A DNA stretch of 64,000 bases from contig CM074513.1 in the NCBI GenBank assembly GCA_037379345.1, positions 35,956,885-36,020,884 on the forward strand, in the 5' to 3' direction. The notes beneath the pieces were generated by a model. It ran no database searches. It worked only from the letters and a program-made list of their open reading frames with translations, and was not told the origin of the DNA. Within the stretch, counting starts at the first letter, position 1; every line of letters starts with the position of its first letter. Positions 10,901 to 23,700 of this stretch are shown here, piece after piece. Made by a program: the position numbers and the translations under genes. The stretch comes from Perna viridis. Lineage: Eukaryota.

Positions 10901-12563
10901 AAAAAAACATATTTAACTTTCAAGATTCTTCTTAAATAATCTTTATGACAATAAACAACGACTTCATTTTTTTATCGTTGTATTATGTATTTACATGACC
11001 CTACTTAGTATAAAGTAACATTAACACAGACATTTGTTTTGCAGAAGCATATGTGCATGAAAAAGTTGAGCATTTTGCTTATCAAATACATTAGAAGAGA
11101 AATAAATGAAGAATTCATTTTGATGTTTATATGGAAAAAAAACTTGCAAACTCGTTACCTGGACAAGTTCCATGAAAATTTCGCCGTTTCTGTTGCTATG
11201 GTTAATACATTCTGCTTTGATCGGTAATGCTTCCCCAGGGACGTATCCTGTCTTAGGCAAGCTGTGTTTACCGACAATAGGTCCAGAGGCACAACACAGG
11301 CAACATAATGTCTTAGAATCTTCGGCACTCGCTGGATTCTATGAGAATTTATAGATTTCTTTATTATTATTCAGTGAGTAAGTATTCAGTTTCTTACATA
11401 ATAAGATAATCTTAATGTGATTTCAATATGCATTCTGCATGCCTTATTATTAGTTTTGAGCCATAGCTGCAATATAAGTAGGAATGCGTGAGGTTTATAT
11501 TCATTGAAACTTCTACGCGATTCAAAATATTTGCATATCGAAGTGCACTGAGTATTCCTATAATTTTCAATTATAACACTTACATTTACATTAGGTTGTT
11601 GGTTTAAATCTAACAAATTGATAACTGTAAAAAACCGTTTATCAGTTTCGTCAAATGCCCATGGTCTGTCCATCTCCGCTGAGACATAATACCGAACTCT
11701 TCCACAGTGTCCTTCGAAAGAAGACGGACTAAAAGGGGGGGATTTGGAAGTTAAAAGGGTATCGGTATGCCCCTGGTTGAAGCATCATGGAGTCGCCGCC
11801 AGCTGTAACAATGTAGAGGAGCAATTTAAAAAATGAAATAAAAATGATAATAATAATTCCGAATTTGAATTATTTACTTCATTTTTACCTCATTTGCCTC
11901 TTTAGGAACACAATTTCATTTGCCAATTTTCTTCGCGACAAAAAAAAACTGCCAATAACTTTTATTCTTGTAACCAGTCTTGGATATTTCAAAATATTCG
12001 GTGATGTGTTACTTACGTGCAGTTAATACTGTAACATTTTGTTGGAAGTACTCCTCGTGCGATCTGTAATGGACCGTGTGTCTGTTATTTCCACTCCCAT
12101 GGCTTTCAGACCAATGAACATCACCAAAACCACAAAATTGTAATCTTATAGCTAAAAATTATGGAGACATGTGTATGCTCGGTAAAGCAAAATATAAAGA
12201 TACCTTAAAGATAGCAATGAAATAAAAACACATTTCAAACGTATTCATACTAAAAGTACATTATAAAGATATAGAAAAACACGACTCAGTGTCTTTAAAT
12301 GGTTTAAAATGTTATGTTGTTCCTATTGAGTTGAAAACATGTTCCTTTTTTGGATGGATGAGTTATACGTATATAGATTTAATGTAACCCAGTTTAAAGT
12401 CAAGATGTTTTCTGAGTTTATAAATGCTGTAGTTATCCAACATACCTCTGATCTTGACCTCTTGTTGAACTTGAAGGTTTACCTCTCCAGTGACCTGCTG
12501 GCCAGGGTTATAAATCCCCGCCTGGTTGGCAAAAGTAATCGTGAAATATTTAACTTTTCCCAT
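7913..12563 (-). CDS. Arrestin domain-containing protein (alpha-arrestin, ARRDC-like); 7 exons, ~393 aa if the G7 frameshift is corrected
   Basis: GT-AG exons: 12446-12563, 12017-12151, 11584-11802, 11159-11338, 10712-10894, 9946-10102, 7913-8103. Arrestin_N motifs YNPGQQVTGEV, G.GDVHWSE, EEYF, LQPGAYRYPFNFQIP, PSSFEGHCGRVRY, DRPW. Arrestin_C motifs KTGYVPGEAL, INHSNR, VPPLP.S.L.GCNIIDIQY, IPVMIG.IP. Phases are consistent except exon 3, which is 1 nt too long. Confidence 0.9.
8052..8642. repeat. Tandem duplication (~310/280 bp) containing the ARRDC last-exon acceptor and the first 52 coding nt
   Basis: 8052-8365 aligns with 8366-8642. The exon part differs by one base; the intron part has many substitutions and indels. 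Confidence 0.9.
9290..9661 (+). mobile_element. PLE family 1 3' fragment with an internal deletion, in the last ARRDC intron
   Basis: ARILTNRLLEQGYVATRL, then a deletion, the stop codon, and the full 3' UTR including the 9419-9519 structure. Confidence 0.9.
9419..9519 (+). ncRNA. PLE family 1 3'-UTR structured RNA (copy)
   Basis: Perfect 13-bp closing stem ATGAGCAACTCGG / CCGAGTTGCTCAT enclosing inner stems. Also present at 20074-20174 (-) and 38813-38913 (+). Confidence 0.55.
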
Positions 12564-14156
12564 CTGTCCTGTAGGATTGTTGTGGTTATTTCGGCATACT
12601 GCAAAGATTTTTCAATTCCTCAAAAAATCTTTTACACACAAAAATTTAAATTGTAATTCAAACTGTCAAAATCCCATTTAAATGGGTCTCTCTCACAAAG
12701 CCTATAGCAACAATGGAACATATATTGGTACGTATATATAATTACATATTGGGATTTGGGAGAATAAATATCGATTACACACTTATGATTAACGTATTGA
12801 AATCGCCATTCACAACCATGAACACGTAACTCGTTATACTCGTTTCATTTGCCACTATGTGGTACTTATAACAAATACAGTTGACAAGCATTTTTCCGAT
12901 TCTAAAATTATAGTTTGACTGGTTGAAATTTTACCATTACTTTTTCCTAGCTCCTCGCTTCGCGCCAAAATTCTTGACTTAGTCATTTTTGTTTATATAT
13001 TGTGATATCAAAGCAAATTTTCTAGCGCCACCTGATGAATAGACCTCCTCTGAGACGTTCCGGCATTTTTTTTCATGAAGAATTTTCCTTTCTGCATCCG
13101 AGGAATCGGGTGACTTCGTAACTGTTGTGACCCGAATACGACTGGCAACTTCTGAATCGGAGATTAGGCGTTTCTTAGCTATATTACAGAAAATTTAATG
13201 CTTACTGATCATTTCATCTTTTTTTTTTTTTGTAAATTCAAGTAAAAAACAAGTAAGGGGTACATTTTGATATTATATGAAGCTAGAACTACGAAGCTAT
13301 GACGGTAAACAGAGCACCGATCAGTAAACAAAAGGTGGTGTGGTATATAATTATACAAATCAAATACCATTGTACAGTCCGGATTTGAGTTTAGGGGGGG
13401 GGGGTGTTAATTGAATTAAATGCCGTGCAAGGCAAGGCAAAAAATATTATAGGGAGAAACTTATGAAAATTTTTCTTACCGATTTAGGAGGGGCGTACGC
13501 CCGGTACGCCAGTCCTTGGATCAGCGCTTGACAGTAATTGAAATTACGAGTGCAAGAAGTCCGTAACAATATTAGCGACTTTACTTTTTAATTGAACACT
13601 GGCTAAATGATAACAATATCAGCTTTCTGCAAGATATTGCAAATGATTTTCATATTTTACGGTGTAAGTACATGTAATGAGTGTGACAATAGTGTTAAAG
13701 GTTCTGGGGGACCGCATTGTTTGTTAAAAAATTCTGTAGATTCAAAGTAAAGTAATTGTGTATTCAGAGCGATAGATTTCTGTGTGTGTGATATTACCCC
13801 CTGAAAATTGTTATGATATCTGTGTTTTATGTATTATTACCTTCTACAAATCACTTACAAGATGAATTTCTGAATAATTTAGATTTTTTGTCACGTTTAT
13901 GTGATATTATGAGTAGTGACTATGTTATAATAGTAGAGAGTGATTTTAATGTTGACATTCCAAACGGATACCTTAAATGGAAAACGCAAGACTTTCGAAC
14001 ACTTTCTTTACGAAAGATACCTATAGGTAGCTCCTTCGTTAAAAAATAGGAAAGGTCAAATGTAAATTTTAAGAAACAAAGATATAACTCCAACTTCTAC
14101 CATGGATTATATTGTAATTTCTGAATGCATGCTTAATAGTGTTTCAGATTTACTTG

Positions 14157-14254
14157 CAATCTAATTAAAACTAGATCTTGTAATATGTCCACTATGTTTC
14201 TTTGAATGCGGGAACGTAGTGGACAAATTACAAGATCTAGTTATAATTAGATTG
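14157..14254. mobile_element. 98-bp foldback MITE with a 9-bp TSD
   Basis: 42-bp TIRs (CAATCTAATTAWAACTAGATCTTGTAATWTGTCCACTAYGTT, 3 mismatches). TSD ATTTACTTG at 14148-14156 and 14255-14263. Confidence 0.9.
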
Positions 14255-15207
14255 ATTTACTTGGTGACGGAAATTGTCAATATGAATATTCTGATCATTT
14301 TCCTATTTGTGTGTCTCTTTTACTGGTCTGCCATGCGTTACATCTTGCGGTCCTAAATCATATAGAAGTGCTATAAAATAGAAGCTGATGAATTTGAGTT
14401 CAAAGTGTATGAAACTGAGGCTGATAAACTAATGAAATTTGAAATATCAAATCATAATAGAGACTACGTCGAACATTATAACAGTATCATTACAAATATC
14501 CGTCAAATGTCAGCCAATGTCGGAAAATATCTACCTTACCTTTAATCATATTGGAATAGAAATAAGATAGGGACTTATCATTTTGAACAGTACAAAGCAA
14601 GGAGAGCATGGCAAGAAAATGACAAACCGAGAGACAAATCAAACAGACTTTACCAAGAATATAAAAACAAGAAAAGGGAATTCTGAGGTAGAAAACGACA
14701 AGCCGAAATAATGTAGAATGAAGAAAAGTACGAAGCATATAGGAATGCTGCCGAAATTGACATTGATAAATTTTACAAGAACGTTCGGAAATCAAACACT
14801 AGAGGTTCTCCAACGTGTAAGCTGGTATGTTAAGGAACTGCAAGTGTTTATCCGGTGAAAAATGGGGTAAATATATTTTGAGGAATAGCATTATGACAAA
14901 AGCCCTGATGACTACGATGAAGACTTCTATGTTAAAGTCGTCAAAAATGGACAAACATTATTTGACAACTATAAGTACATTGGAACATGAAATTGCATCT
15001 GAAGAATTTAGCTGTCAAATAAAAACCTATAAAGAGGGAAAATCAGGTCAAGATAGAATTTTAGACGAACATCTTAAGTATGGCGGAAAAACTCTATTGA
15101 AAGTTTCTTCAACTTGATACTAGAACATGAATACCTACCAATGGCCTTCAGACATGCAATTGTTATTCCTCTTTGTAAAAGGCCACAAAAAAGACGTCAG
15201 ATCCTAA

Positions 15208-16761
15208 TTGTACATGGTCTGAGATAAACGCCCCCCACCCCCATGCACCCTCCGCCCCAACTCATCAACCAAAATATGATTTTCAGGTACCCTTATACGT
15301 TCTATTTACGATTTTTTTGTCGCCAAAAATGAAACTGAAGCATTTTTTTTTAATTTCTGACTACCGTTGAGGCAAAATCCGTTTTTTACTTTTTTAATTC
15401 TCCGAACTTCTTCTTTTTACAAAACGAAGTAAACTATATATATATATATAGCCCAATGTCTTAGCCAGCCTTACAATGGTACCAAGAAAGTTGCAGTAAC
15501 ACTTAGGGTTTTGGGGTAAAATGAAAAAATGTACCCCGACCATCCGAAAAATCGCTTAAATTGACATATTTTTGCATGTCAAAACCCCTATAGTATTTAT
15601 GCTTCAGTAAAAATATAGGGGTTTGATTATTTGATATTTTCTGTTTAGTATTATCACAATTAATATTTCTGGGGTTCTTTTGATGAATTTGGCGATTTTC
15701 ATAGTCAGAATTTATCAAAAAAGCGAAAATGGGATTTTCGATTTTTGCGTAAAAGTCACATAAATTCGACTCTACAATTTATTGCTCGACTAAAACGTCT
15801 CAAATTTGATACCACTCGATAGATAATTACATTTTTACATACATAAACCACGAAAAACTAAATTTCAAGAAATAATTTTAAAAAAAATGTAAAAAATACT
15901 ACCCCTACCCCTAGAAAACCAGTCTCTGTATTGAATAGAATTCTCATTCACAGCATACCGATACCGTAAACTGAAAAATACGCGTCTGAAATGAGAAGAT
16001 ATGTTAGATACATCGATAATTAAAACAATAGTACCCAATATGTATATTGTACACCGTTTATATGCCAAAAAGTAACATTTTAGTTCATGTGGAGGTGTTT
16101 TTTTAATGGGCAGGGGTGGCAATTTTTCACCTAACTTGAAAAAAGTCCAAAAATCTATTACTTGGGCTCATTTGGAAGCGAAGACACCATATTAATGTAC
16201 CGTACTACACAAATGCTTGTTTAAACTACGGTATTATGAAAAAATGACAATAACGGGTGATACAAAAGAAATTCTGAAAATTCCCATTTTTTTTCGATTT
16301 TATATTAATTGTCACCCCCAAAAAAATCTAAGCGCCTGAATTGATAAGATATGTTAGGTACATCATAATCTTAATTGTGAAAGCTTAAAATATAAGTTCT
16401 ACAGTGGTGGTGTAGGGGGACAATTTTTTATTCATTTTACCCTCAAACCCTATGCGTTACCGCAACTTTCTTGGTACCATTGTAAAGCTGAGACATCGGG
16501 CTACATAATGATACCTAAATTGTGTAGTTTGTACACACATGCTTTCCCAGGAAGGCTTAAGCACTTAAACAATTGAGTCACAAAAATCTTGGCTTTTTGA
16601 CCCAGTGGGGTACAAATATAGGCTTTATACTGAAAAAGAATCCAAGAATATTCTTTGTCGACAAATATTGATTCGGTAATGGGAGGTATAAAGGAACCTA
16701 AATATCACCATGAAGTTGATGAGTGAGGGATACACGGTGGAGCCTCCCAGCCCACATACTA
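15208..16761. mobile_element. 1554-bp non-coding DNA-transposon derivative inserted in the LINE, TAA target duplication
   Basis: Removing it plus one TAA restores GAT CCT AAC AGT TTC CGA (DPNSFR). Termini match 12/17. Internal ~75-bp inverted repeats lie at 15449-15525 and 16431-16503. Confidence 0.75.
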
Positions 16762-17974
16762 TAACAGTTTCCGAGCTGCGACATTTACATTATCAATAGG
16801 GAAATTATTTGAAAAGGTTATCCTATGTCGTATTCAAAACTATCTAGAAATATCTAAGCTAATCATACCTCACCCACTATAATATGGACCTGTATAGGAA
16901 CACGGAGCGATCCCAGCTTTATTCATATTTGTTCGTATTCATATCAATTTGACTGAACACAGGCTTCTAAGACTTGCTTCACTATTTATTAACTCGAAAC
17001 TAAGAACTGTTATATAATTAGGTTCGACCCCAATCAGACATGGCATGTGATTTTTAGACATTATATAATTAGTTTCGAACAACTTTTAGATGTTCGATCG
17101 AAGATGTTTCATAAGATCGTTGACATGCTTCCTGTCCACGCATCCGTAATAGTTTTATAAGGATGATGATGACCTGATCGTTTCAATGTTGGGTGGAGTT
17201 ACGACTGCCATGAACTCATTATCGTCCGATAAATGGGGTCGCCTCATGTTGCATTTAGCATAAAATGTCACAAAAATGTATTAAACTTTTTCGTATGATC
17301 TTTTTCACCACTTACTTATTACGACTTTATAGCAAATCAACCGCATAGTTGATAAATAAGTGTGGTGATTTTCGTGTGTTTGGTTTAAAATTAAGGTTCA
17401 GATTGTTCAAATTTTGATTTCTTTATGGAAAACGTTTTGACCAATTATGTCAACTGTTTGTCCAGTAGAAATTTTGTTTTGATGGTCAGTTGTACACAGA
17501 TTATTATGTTTTGTGTAAAATTTATCATTTTTTTTCAAATTTATCTGTGAACCAGTTGCTTATTTAGATGGAATACTTTGGTTCGCTGGGCACTATTTAG
17601 TCATAATTTTGTGTCAATACTTTCTTTCTAGGTCCCTTTACGACATTTTCCAAGATATAGCCAGAATACTTTATGAACTGAAATTTGATGACCGAATGCA
17701 TTCAAGATAGTCATTTTTAATCAACATATAAGCACGAAAATAAGTGATCGATTCGAAAATCAGTGCATGCAATCTCACAACAGTCCAGCTTACAAACTCG
17801 AAATAATTATTAAAACGCTATATCGAATATGATTTTATTGGGTTATTGGGTTATTATACCCATTTAATGTTACATTCATACCTACTCTCGTGATACTTTG
17901 TCTTTAGTGTCGTGTGGAGACGGTAAAATGTTTATACTTAAGATGTATGCTCTTATATTATTTCAGTTATTGGG

Positions 17975-18080
17975 TTCATTGAAGACCGGTGGTTGGCCTT
18001 GGGCTGATATTTTCATCCTGTTTGTGTTTTATTGTCTCTTTGACATATATACCATACAATGTACCTATTCTTGTTATATT
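17975..18080 (+). mobile_element. PLE family 2, extreme 3' end
   Basis: CATTGAAGACC..GGTTGGCCTTGGGCTGA..TTGTCTCTTTGACATATA..ACCTATT..GTTATATT matches the ends of 31330-32031 and 4755-6495. Confidence 0.75.
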
Positions 18081-18495
18081 CCAAACAACAGCTGGTTTGG
18101 GGGAATATCTTTTTTTTTACTTTTGTTTTCTAATTTACAATTGCTTTCGGTTCATGTAGGGGAAATTCGCCGATATAGTTTACATTGAATTATCTCGCTT
18201 GCAACAATAAATCTAGTGTCTGAATAAACTTTTGACACCGTCAGTTTCAGACTTAACTCCCTTATAACCTTACAGCATATATTTTATCGTGGCTGTCGGT
18301 TCATCACAGACAGAACATTTTTATAATGGAACACTTCGATGTAGTGATGGTGCTTTAACATCAGTGCACCTCATCTTTTAATATAGAAAACAATTTTACC
18401 TGGTCTGTCTGTACCATGAAAGAAAAAACGAAATTCAAATAAAGTATAAGATGATTTCAAATTTGAAAAAAAAAAATTCTTTTGTCTTACACTTG

Positions 18496-18528
<33 letters not shown>

Positions 18529-18879
18529 GTTTTTTGTTTTTTTTTGTTTTTTTTTGTGTGTGTGTGTTTTTTTCGCAAGCATCTTATTTCCAACTTATCA
18601 ATACAAGCAAAAATTTTGGCAATCATTTTTTTAGATTCTATATGAATTGCATAAACTTCTCTATACTACTTTGTTTGACCCCATTTGAATATTTGAATTC
18701 TGTTATTTAGCGTGTTCTTGCAAATTATCTACGCTTGGTCTGTACCTGTTTTATGTCGGTATTTACAAAAGGGCGTAGGTTGAGTCCAGTTATTGTTTGT
18801 TGACTCTCTATATGCATTACAAGTTTTATCACCACTCTTTTTTGCTTTATGTGTTCACTTTCTGATACACGTTTGGTTT

Positions 18880-19425
18880 TGTCTAACTGTAAAACACAGA
18901 TTTGATTTTGCATTCATTTTGGATATTTGTTTGAAAGAGTAATCAAGGTAATAAGATTCTAGCGGAAATCAAAAGAATGTATTCCAGGGATAAATACTAG
19001 ACATGGAAAACTGAAATACACAACAAAGAATATAGAATAATCAAAATAATACATACAAAGTAACACAAGTAAATGAGCAACTTGGGCTCCACTAAAAACT
19101 GGGAGCATGGACCAGGTACGCCGGTAGGGTAAGTATTGTGTCAACTGTAAACACAAATTAAATTCTGTCATGTCTTGTTTGTGATTGTGGTACTCTGTGT
19201 TCACTGTAAAACAGTGATTTGATTTTGACACCCTGTGTTAACTGTAAAACAGGGATTTAATTGTGGTACTCTGTGTTCACTGTAAAACAGGGATTTGATT
19301 TCGACACTCTGTGTTCACTGTAAAACAGGGATTTGATTTCGACACTGTGTTCACTGTAAAACAGGGATTTGATTTTGACACTCTGTGTTCACTGTAAAAC
19401 ACGGAGATTTGATTTTGACACTCTA
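18880..19425. repeat. ~36-38 bp minisatellite interrupted by a PLE family 1 insertion
   Basis: Unit ACTCTGTGTTCACTGTAAAACAGGGATTTGATTTYGAC, about 7 copies at 19140-19425 plus one degenerate copy at 18880-18912. Confidence 0.85.
18933..19133 (-). mobile_element. PLE family 1 3' fragment, truncated inside the RNA structure
   Basis: The minus strand begins CTTACCCTACCGGCGTACCTGGTCC and runs to the common terminus GATTACTCTTTC. Confidence 0.9.
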
Positions 19426-19932
19426 TTTCGACACTCTCTTTACCAGAGAGAAGATGTTGGGTATTACTCTAGTTTTGGACCTTTTTGGTTATGCAATGTG
19501 TTTACGACGAAATAAGATAAAAGTTGGATTTGTCTGTGGTTTTTGTTCTCTACAAATGTTAGGTCTTGTTATTATGTCCCTGAGTTTACAATGTGATATA
19601 TAAGAGATTCTCTTTGGCTTGGTCTCCTATGTGTTAATAGTGTAGTTCAAGTGTAGGGTTTTAACCCTCCATGCTTACCTTAGAACATAAATCAGGTTTG
19701 ATATCATCTGTAGAAATCACATTAGATCTTAAGTAGATCCGTCCACTGTAGAACTAAAGTTTTGTCGTGTATGTAGCCCAATTGAACAACAGATAACTTA
19801 AATCCAATAAGTATTCCGAATCCTAACAAAACCCTGGAACCATGGTCCAAGTGTGCCTAAATGGTTAGCACCATCTGATGTTCTAAGGACTCCCATTTCG
19901 TTGTTTATTTCATGTCCTGTAAGAAGAATGGT

Positions 19933-20766
19933 GAAAGAGTAATCAAGGGGACCAAGGTTATAGCGGTAATCAAAAGAATGTAATCCAGGGACAAAGACCA
20001 GACATGGAAAACAGACATACACAACAAAGAACATATAGTAACTAAAATCATACATACGAAGTAACAACAGCAAATGAGAAACTCGGACTCCACTGAAAAC
20101 TGGGAGCATGGACCAGGTACACCGGTAGGGTAAGCGTCCTCTGCTTTTCTAGAAACACCCGCCGAGTTGCTCATAAAAAGTGAAGTCCGGGGTAGACAAA
20201 CGAGGAAAGGAAAACTATGACTCGTTGAATAAATCAGTTTTCATGGTGCAGATGGATACACCATAACGATCCACGAGTTCATGATGATGACCATAAAACT
20301 TCTGTAGTGATGACATCAATCTTGTAGCAACATAACCCTGTTCCAGAAGCCTATTTGTTAGAATTCTAGCGCGATACAAAAAGTCTGCGTAGTTTCGGCA
20401 AGCTCTGGCATAACGTATGAGTTGTGATATGAACACTCCATACGCAGGTGCTGAAGGGATGTTGCCACAGAGGAAAGGAAAGTTGACAATTCTGAATGAA
20501 AAGTCATCACGTTTGTCGTAAAGTTTGGTGAATAGTTTTCCTTTACCATCGATTTCTAAGTGAAGGTCAAGATATGAGGCTGACTTCACGGTATCTGTAG
20601 TATCCTTTATCTCAAGTTCTTTGGGGTAGATGCGATGTATCAAATCCCCGAAATTAGGATTGTTTAAAGATAATACGATCATCTATATAGCGGAAACTGA
20701 GACTAAAGGATCTAGCTGAACGATATTCTTTCTTTCGGATCAGATCAGCTATAAAGTCAGCCTCAA
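19933..20766 (-). mobile_element. PLE family 1 (Naiad-like), longest copy: RT catalytic motif, thumb and 3' UTR
   Basis: EADFIADL..SFRYIDD(+1)VLSLNNPNF..IYPKELEIKDTTD..ASYLDL..LYDKRDDFSF.IVNFPFLCGNIPSAPAYGVFISQLIRYARAC..QGY..L..SLQKFYG.H. Stop at 20215 with no downstream GIY-YIG domain. Confidence 0.92.
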
Positions 20767-23700
20767 ACTACGAATAATAGAATACATTTTCTAATATTGG
20801 AGATTTCCACAACATTACTGTTGATAAAGTTATATGATGGCGACTTTTGGACTGATTACTTTAAAATCTTGAAGTTACATAAACCAGCTCCAAGAGTTTT
20901 TGTAACATGTTTAGCAAAATAACAAAAAATAAAGGATCAAAACCAAGGCAAAACTTGTGTTTGACACAAACCAAAACAAGACAAAATTGTGCATGAAAAA
21001 CCGCGGCAAGACTGAATTTGTATTCTACGGAAAACACGGACGACAAAAAGCAAGACAATGACAAACGTACAAAGATAATAAATAGCAAATATGTGTCCTA
21101 TAGATATTAAAGAGGGTTTATAGCAAGGTGAATTCCAACCTGTGCCCTAAAGAAATCACACGGGGCTAAAAATGCACGACTAAACATGTGTCCTACAGAA
21201 AACGAAGATAAAACAAGTATACCACAAAAACTATACAGAGTTATGAAATTGGGAATATAAAAAGAACTAAACAGAATCAAGGCAAAACTCGTGTTCCACG
21301 GAAATTACACTGGAATAAAATAGAGGCAAGACAAAACATATGTCCTACATGAATTACAGAGGGTTTAAACCATGCATGGTTTATATACACCCGAGGCGAG
21401 ATCTACCTCGTTTTTTACATTTGCTCAGAGTACTTAAAACTACTTGTGTCTTGCTTTCTGAGTTTTGTCCATGTCTATATCATTGTCCATAATATGCATT
21501 TGGTTAAGTCATTACTTGTTTTGTATGAATTATGAGACGTTTCGTTCGGCCATGTGTTAATGCTCCATGATTGTCTCTTGTAAGCCGGAATAAATTAGTG
21601 TGCACATATATTTAATCATCAACAATACTATATTTAAACTCAAACCTGTCTGACGAGAAATCATTCATTAAGGAATCAATTGTTCAGCGTTTTTAAAAGA
21701 ACAGTTTTATAAATAATCTAAATGAAATATCAGCTCCTGTCGGATCCTCAATCGTATAAACCAAGGTTTCATCAATTTTTGACACTTAACGCATTTCAAA
21801 AAGCAAAACTGACAGGCTAAAATGATTAATTATGTAAGCCTATCCATTTGTGTTTACTTTAACCATTACACATGCTGCTTCGGCTCCTCAGCATACCTGT
21901 AATATCTGTTTGGCTGACTTTACATAGCAGAGCATTGTCATCGAGACGAAATATGTACGGGTGTTTTCCCTAGATAAATATTTACAAACTTCATTTTGCG
22001 TTCTGTGATCTTTTTGATAATATATTTTTTCCTCGAAATGTCACTGTTTTAATGATTTTCTGTCCTTTGAACGTTTGCGGATTGCTATTTGGTTTCTCTA
22101 AACACTCGTGGTATTGTTTTATAATACATTGTGTCTGCTGTGTTCATATTGATAAGTAATTGAAGAACGACAAATGTTCGTTGTTTCTATCTATTTTAGA
22201 TGCCAACAATTTTCTCTTCGATCAGAATCTTTTCCATTGGTGGTTGTCAATAGCTCAAATAGTTAAAAACTGATTCGACGAAACGGAAAAGCTATAAAAC
22301 TAACCTTTTCTATAACTTTAGTTTTTCATACATATATATATATATGGCTATTTGACATTCATAAAATATCCATTGTTTTCTTTTTCGTTTGATACTGAAA
22401 CCGTTACAGCAAATTCCTCGGTATAGCGTAGTGGTAGAAGAAATATGGACATTTCTAATGGCATCTTATACAATTTTAAGGATGTTTAACTATATATCCC
22501 AGGCACTGATCTCTACTTTTTACTTTCTGCACTCCTTTATAAACCTATTCAGTTGGAACCGACTGCCTTACATTGTGTTTCGGGACTGTTTTAGATCTGT
22601 TTCCATGCTGTTTATAGATTTGGAAGATATATGGTTCACAAAGTTGGTCATAAAAAAGGATGTTTTAATTTTGTATCAGGGTATGAAAATAATGTATGTG
22701 CTCTGCTGTTAGTATTTCCTGATAATTTTCACTGAGAGTAATTTTAGTTTTACTGTACATATACACACTCTAGAAACCATCGAGCGAAAATAATGTGCAA
22801 CCCTTAGCAGGGAACTAACTCTCATTTGAATATTTTTTGTCCCAAATTATTGTAAAGAGGATTTATTTCTTTTTAATGAATCTTGTTTCTTCTATCGCAT
22901 TAAACAACAATAAAAGTGGCGTAAATTCAAGAATATATTTCGAAAGAAATTAAAATTGAAATGTGTTTCCGCATATTTGGCAGCCAAATTTCTTGTCGGT
23001 TTGAAATCTGTATATTAAAATGCAATGTCACGAGATGAGGTTTCTTATTGCATTTTTTTTCCACTTGCTGTGAGAAACGTAAAAGGACATTTCATACCGT
23101 ACAGATTGGTAGTTTTAATATCAATTCTGTCAAACCACAAGTTTATGAATCAAGACTTTGTTGGAAACCTTTAATTTTTAATCTTATTCAAATTCACATC
23201 CTTCGCATTATATAATTTTATACGATTCTCAAAGGTATGTTACTAAATACATGTATCGAATTTCATGCCCAGTGGGTCTTCACTTAGATTATTTGTCATT
23301 GAAACGTTAATTCTAGATACAACTAGGACATTATAAATAGGGATATAACACTATGTCCGTACATTACAGACTACCCATATATCATTGCCCCTAACACATC
23401 AAAACTATGTCTGACTTGTATAGGATTAACATACATGTATATATTTTAGCTTTTTTTGATACATGTATATATTTTAGCTTTTTTTAACTTCTGGATAAGT
23501 ACAGTTCTACTTAAATTTATTTCCAAAATACCATTCTCTGAAGTCACTGCAACTCTGATGACAACATTGTACATAAACAAAGATTGCTTTTGCATTGTGT
23601 TAAGACATTTAAGTTTCTTTCTGTGTAAGTTGCAAAGAACATAAAATTTTGTTTCAAATCAGCAAATCTGTATTTTTTTTTTCAGTAAATTAAAACAATT

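Larger units (their letters stand above)
13560..16930 (+). mobile_element. Decayed APE-endonuclease/RT LINE split by two DNA-transposon insertions
   Basis: EN motifs EHWL, LLPSTN, VIIVESDFNVDI, MDYIVIS, SDHFPI. RT N-terminus EHLKYGG, AIVIPL..DP (to 15207) resumes at 16762 with NSFR..TLSIGKLFEKVIL..PHPL.YG. Confidence 0.8.

Noticed and set aside
13023-13038. CTCF-like word (CATCAGGTGGCGCTA on the minus strand) upstream of ARRDC
   Set aside because: A single imperfect motif match with no supporting evidence.
13032-13063. Hammerhead-like CTGATGA..GAGACGTTC (also 29631, 40205, 43450)
   Set aside because: GAAA is missing or altered and stems I/II do not form convincingly. At best these are very decayed relics.
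18435-18710. Poly-Lys/poly-Phe ORFs
   Set aside because: Translation of a poly(T)/(TG)n low-complexity tract.
19905-20174. Recurrent small hydrophobic ORFs (MSNSAGVSRKAED.., ..LDYILLITAITLVPLIT) at 6507, 9484, 19905, 38813 and 52682 as a membrane-peptide gene family
   Set aside because: They are translations of the U-rich PLE 3' UTR, and their ends and frames vary between copies. A small element-encoded ORF cannot be fully excluded without dN/dS analysis.
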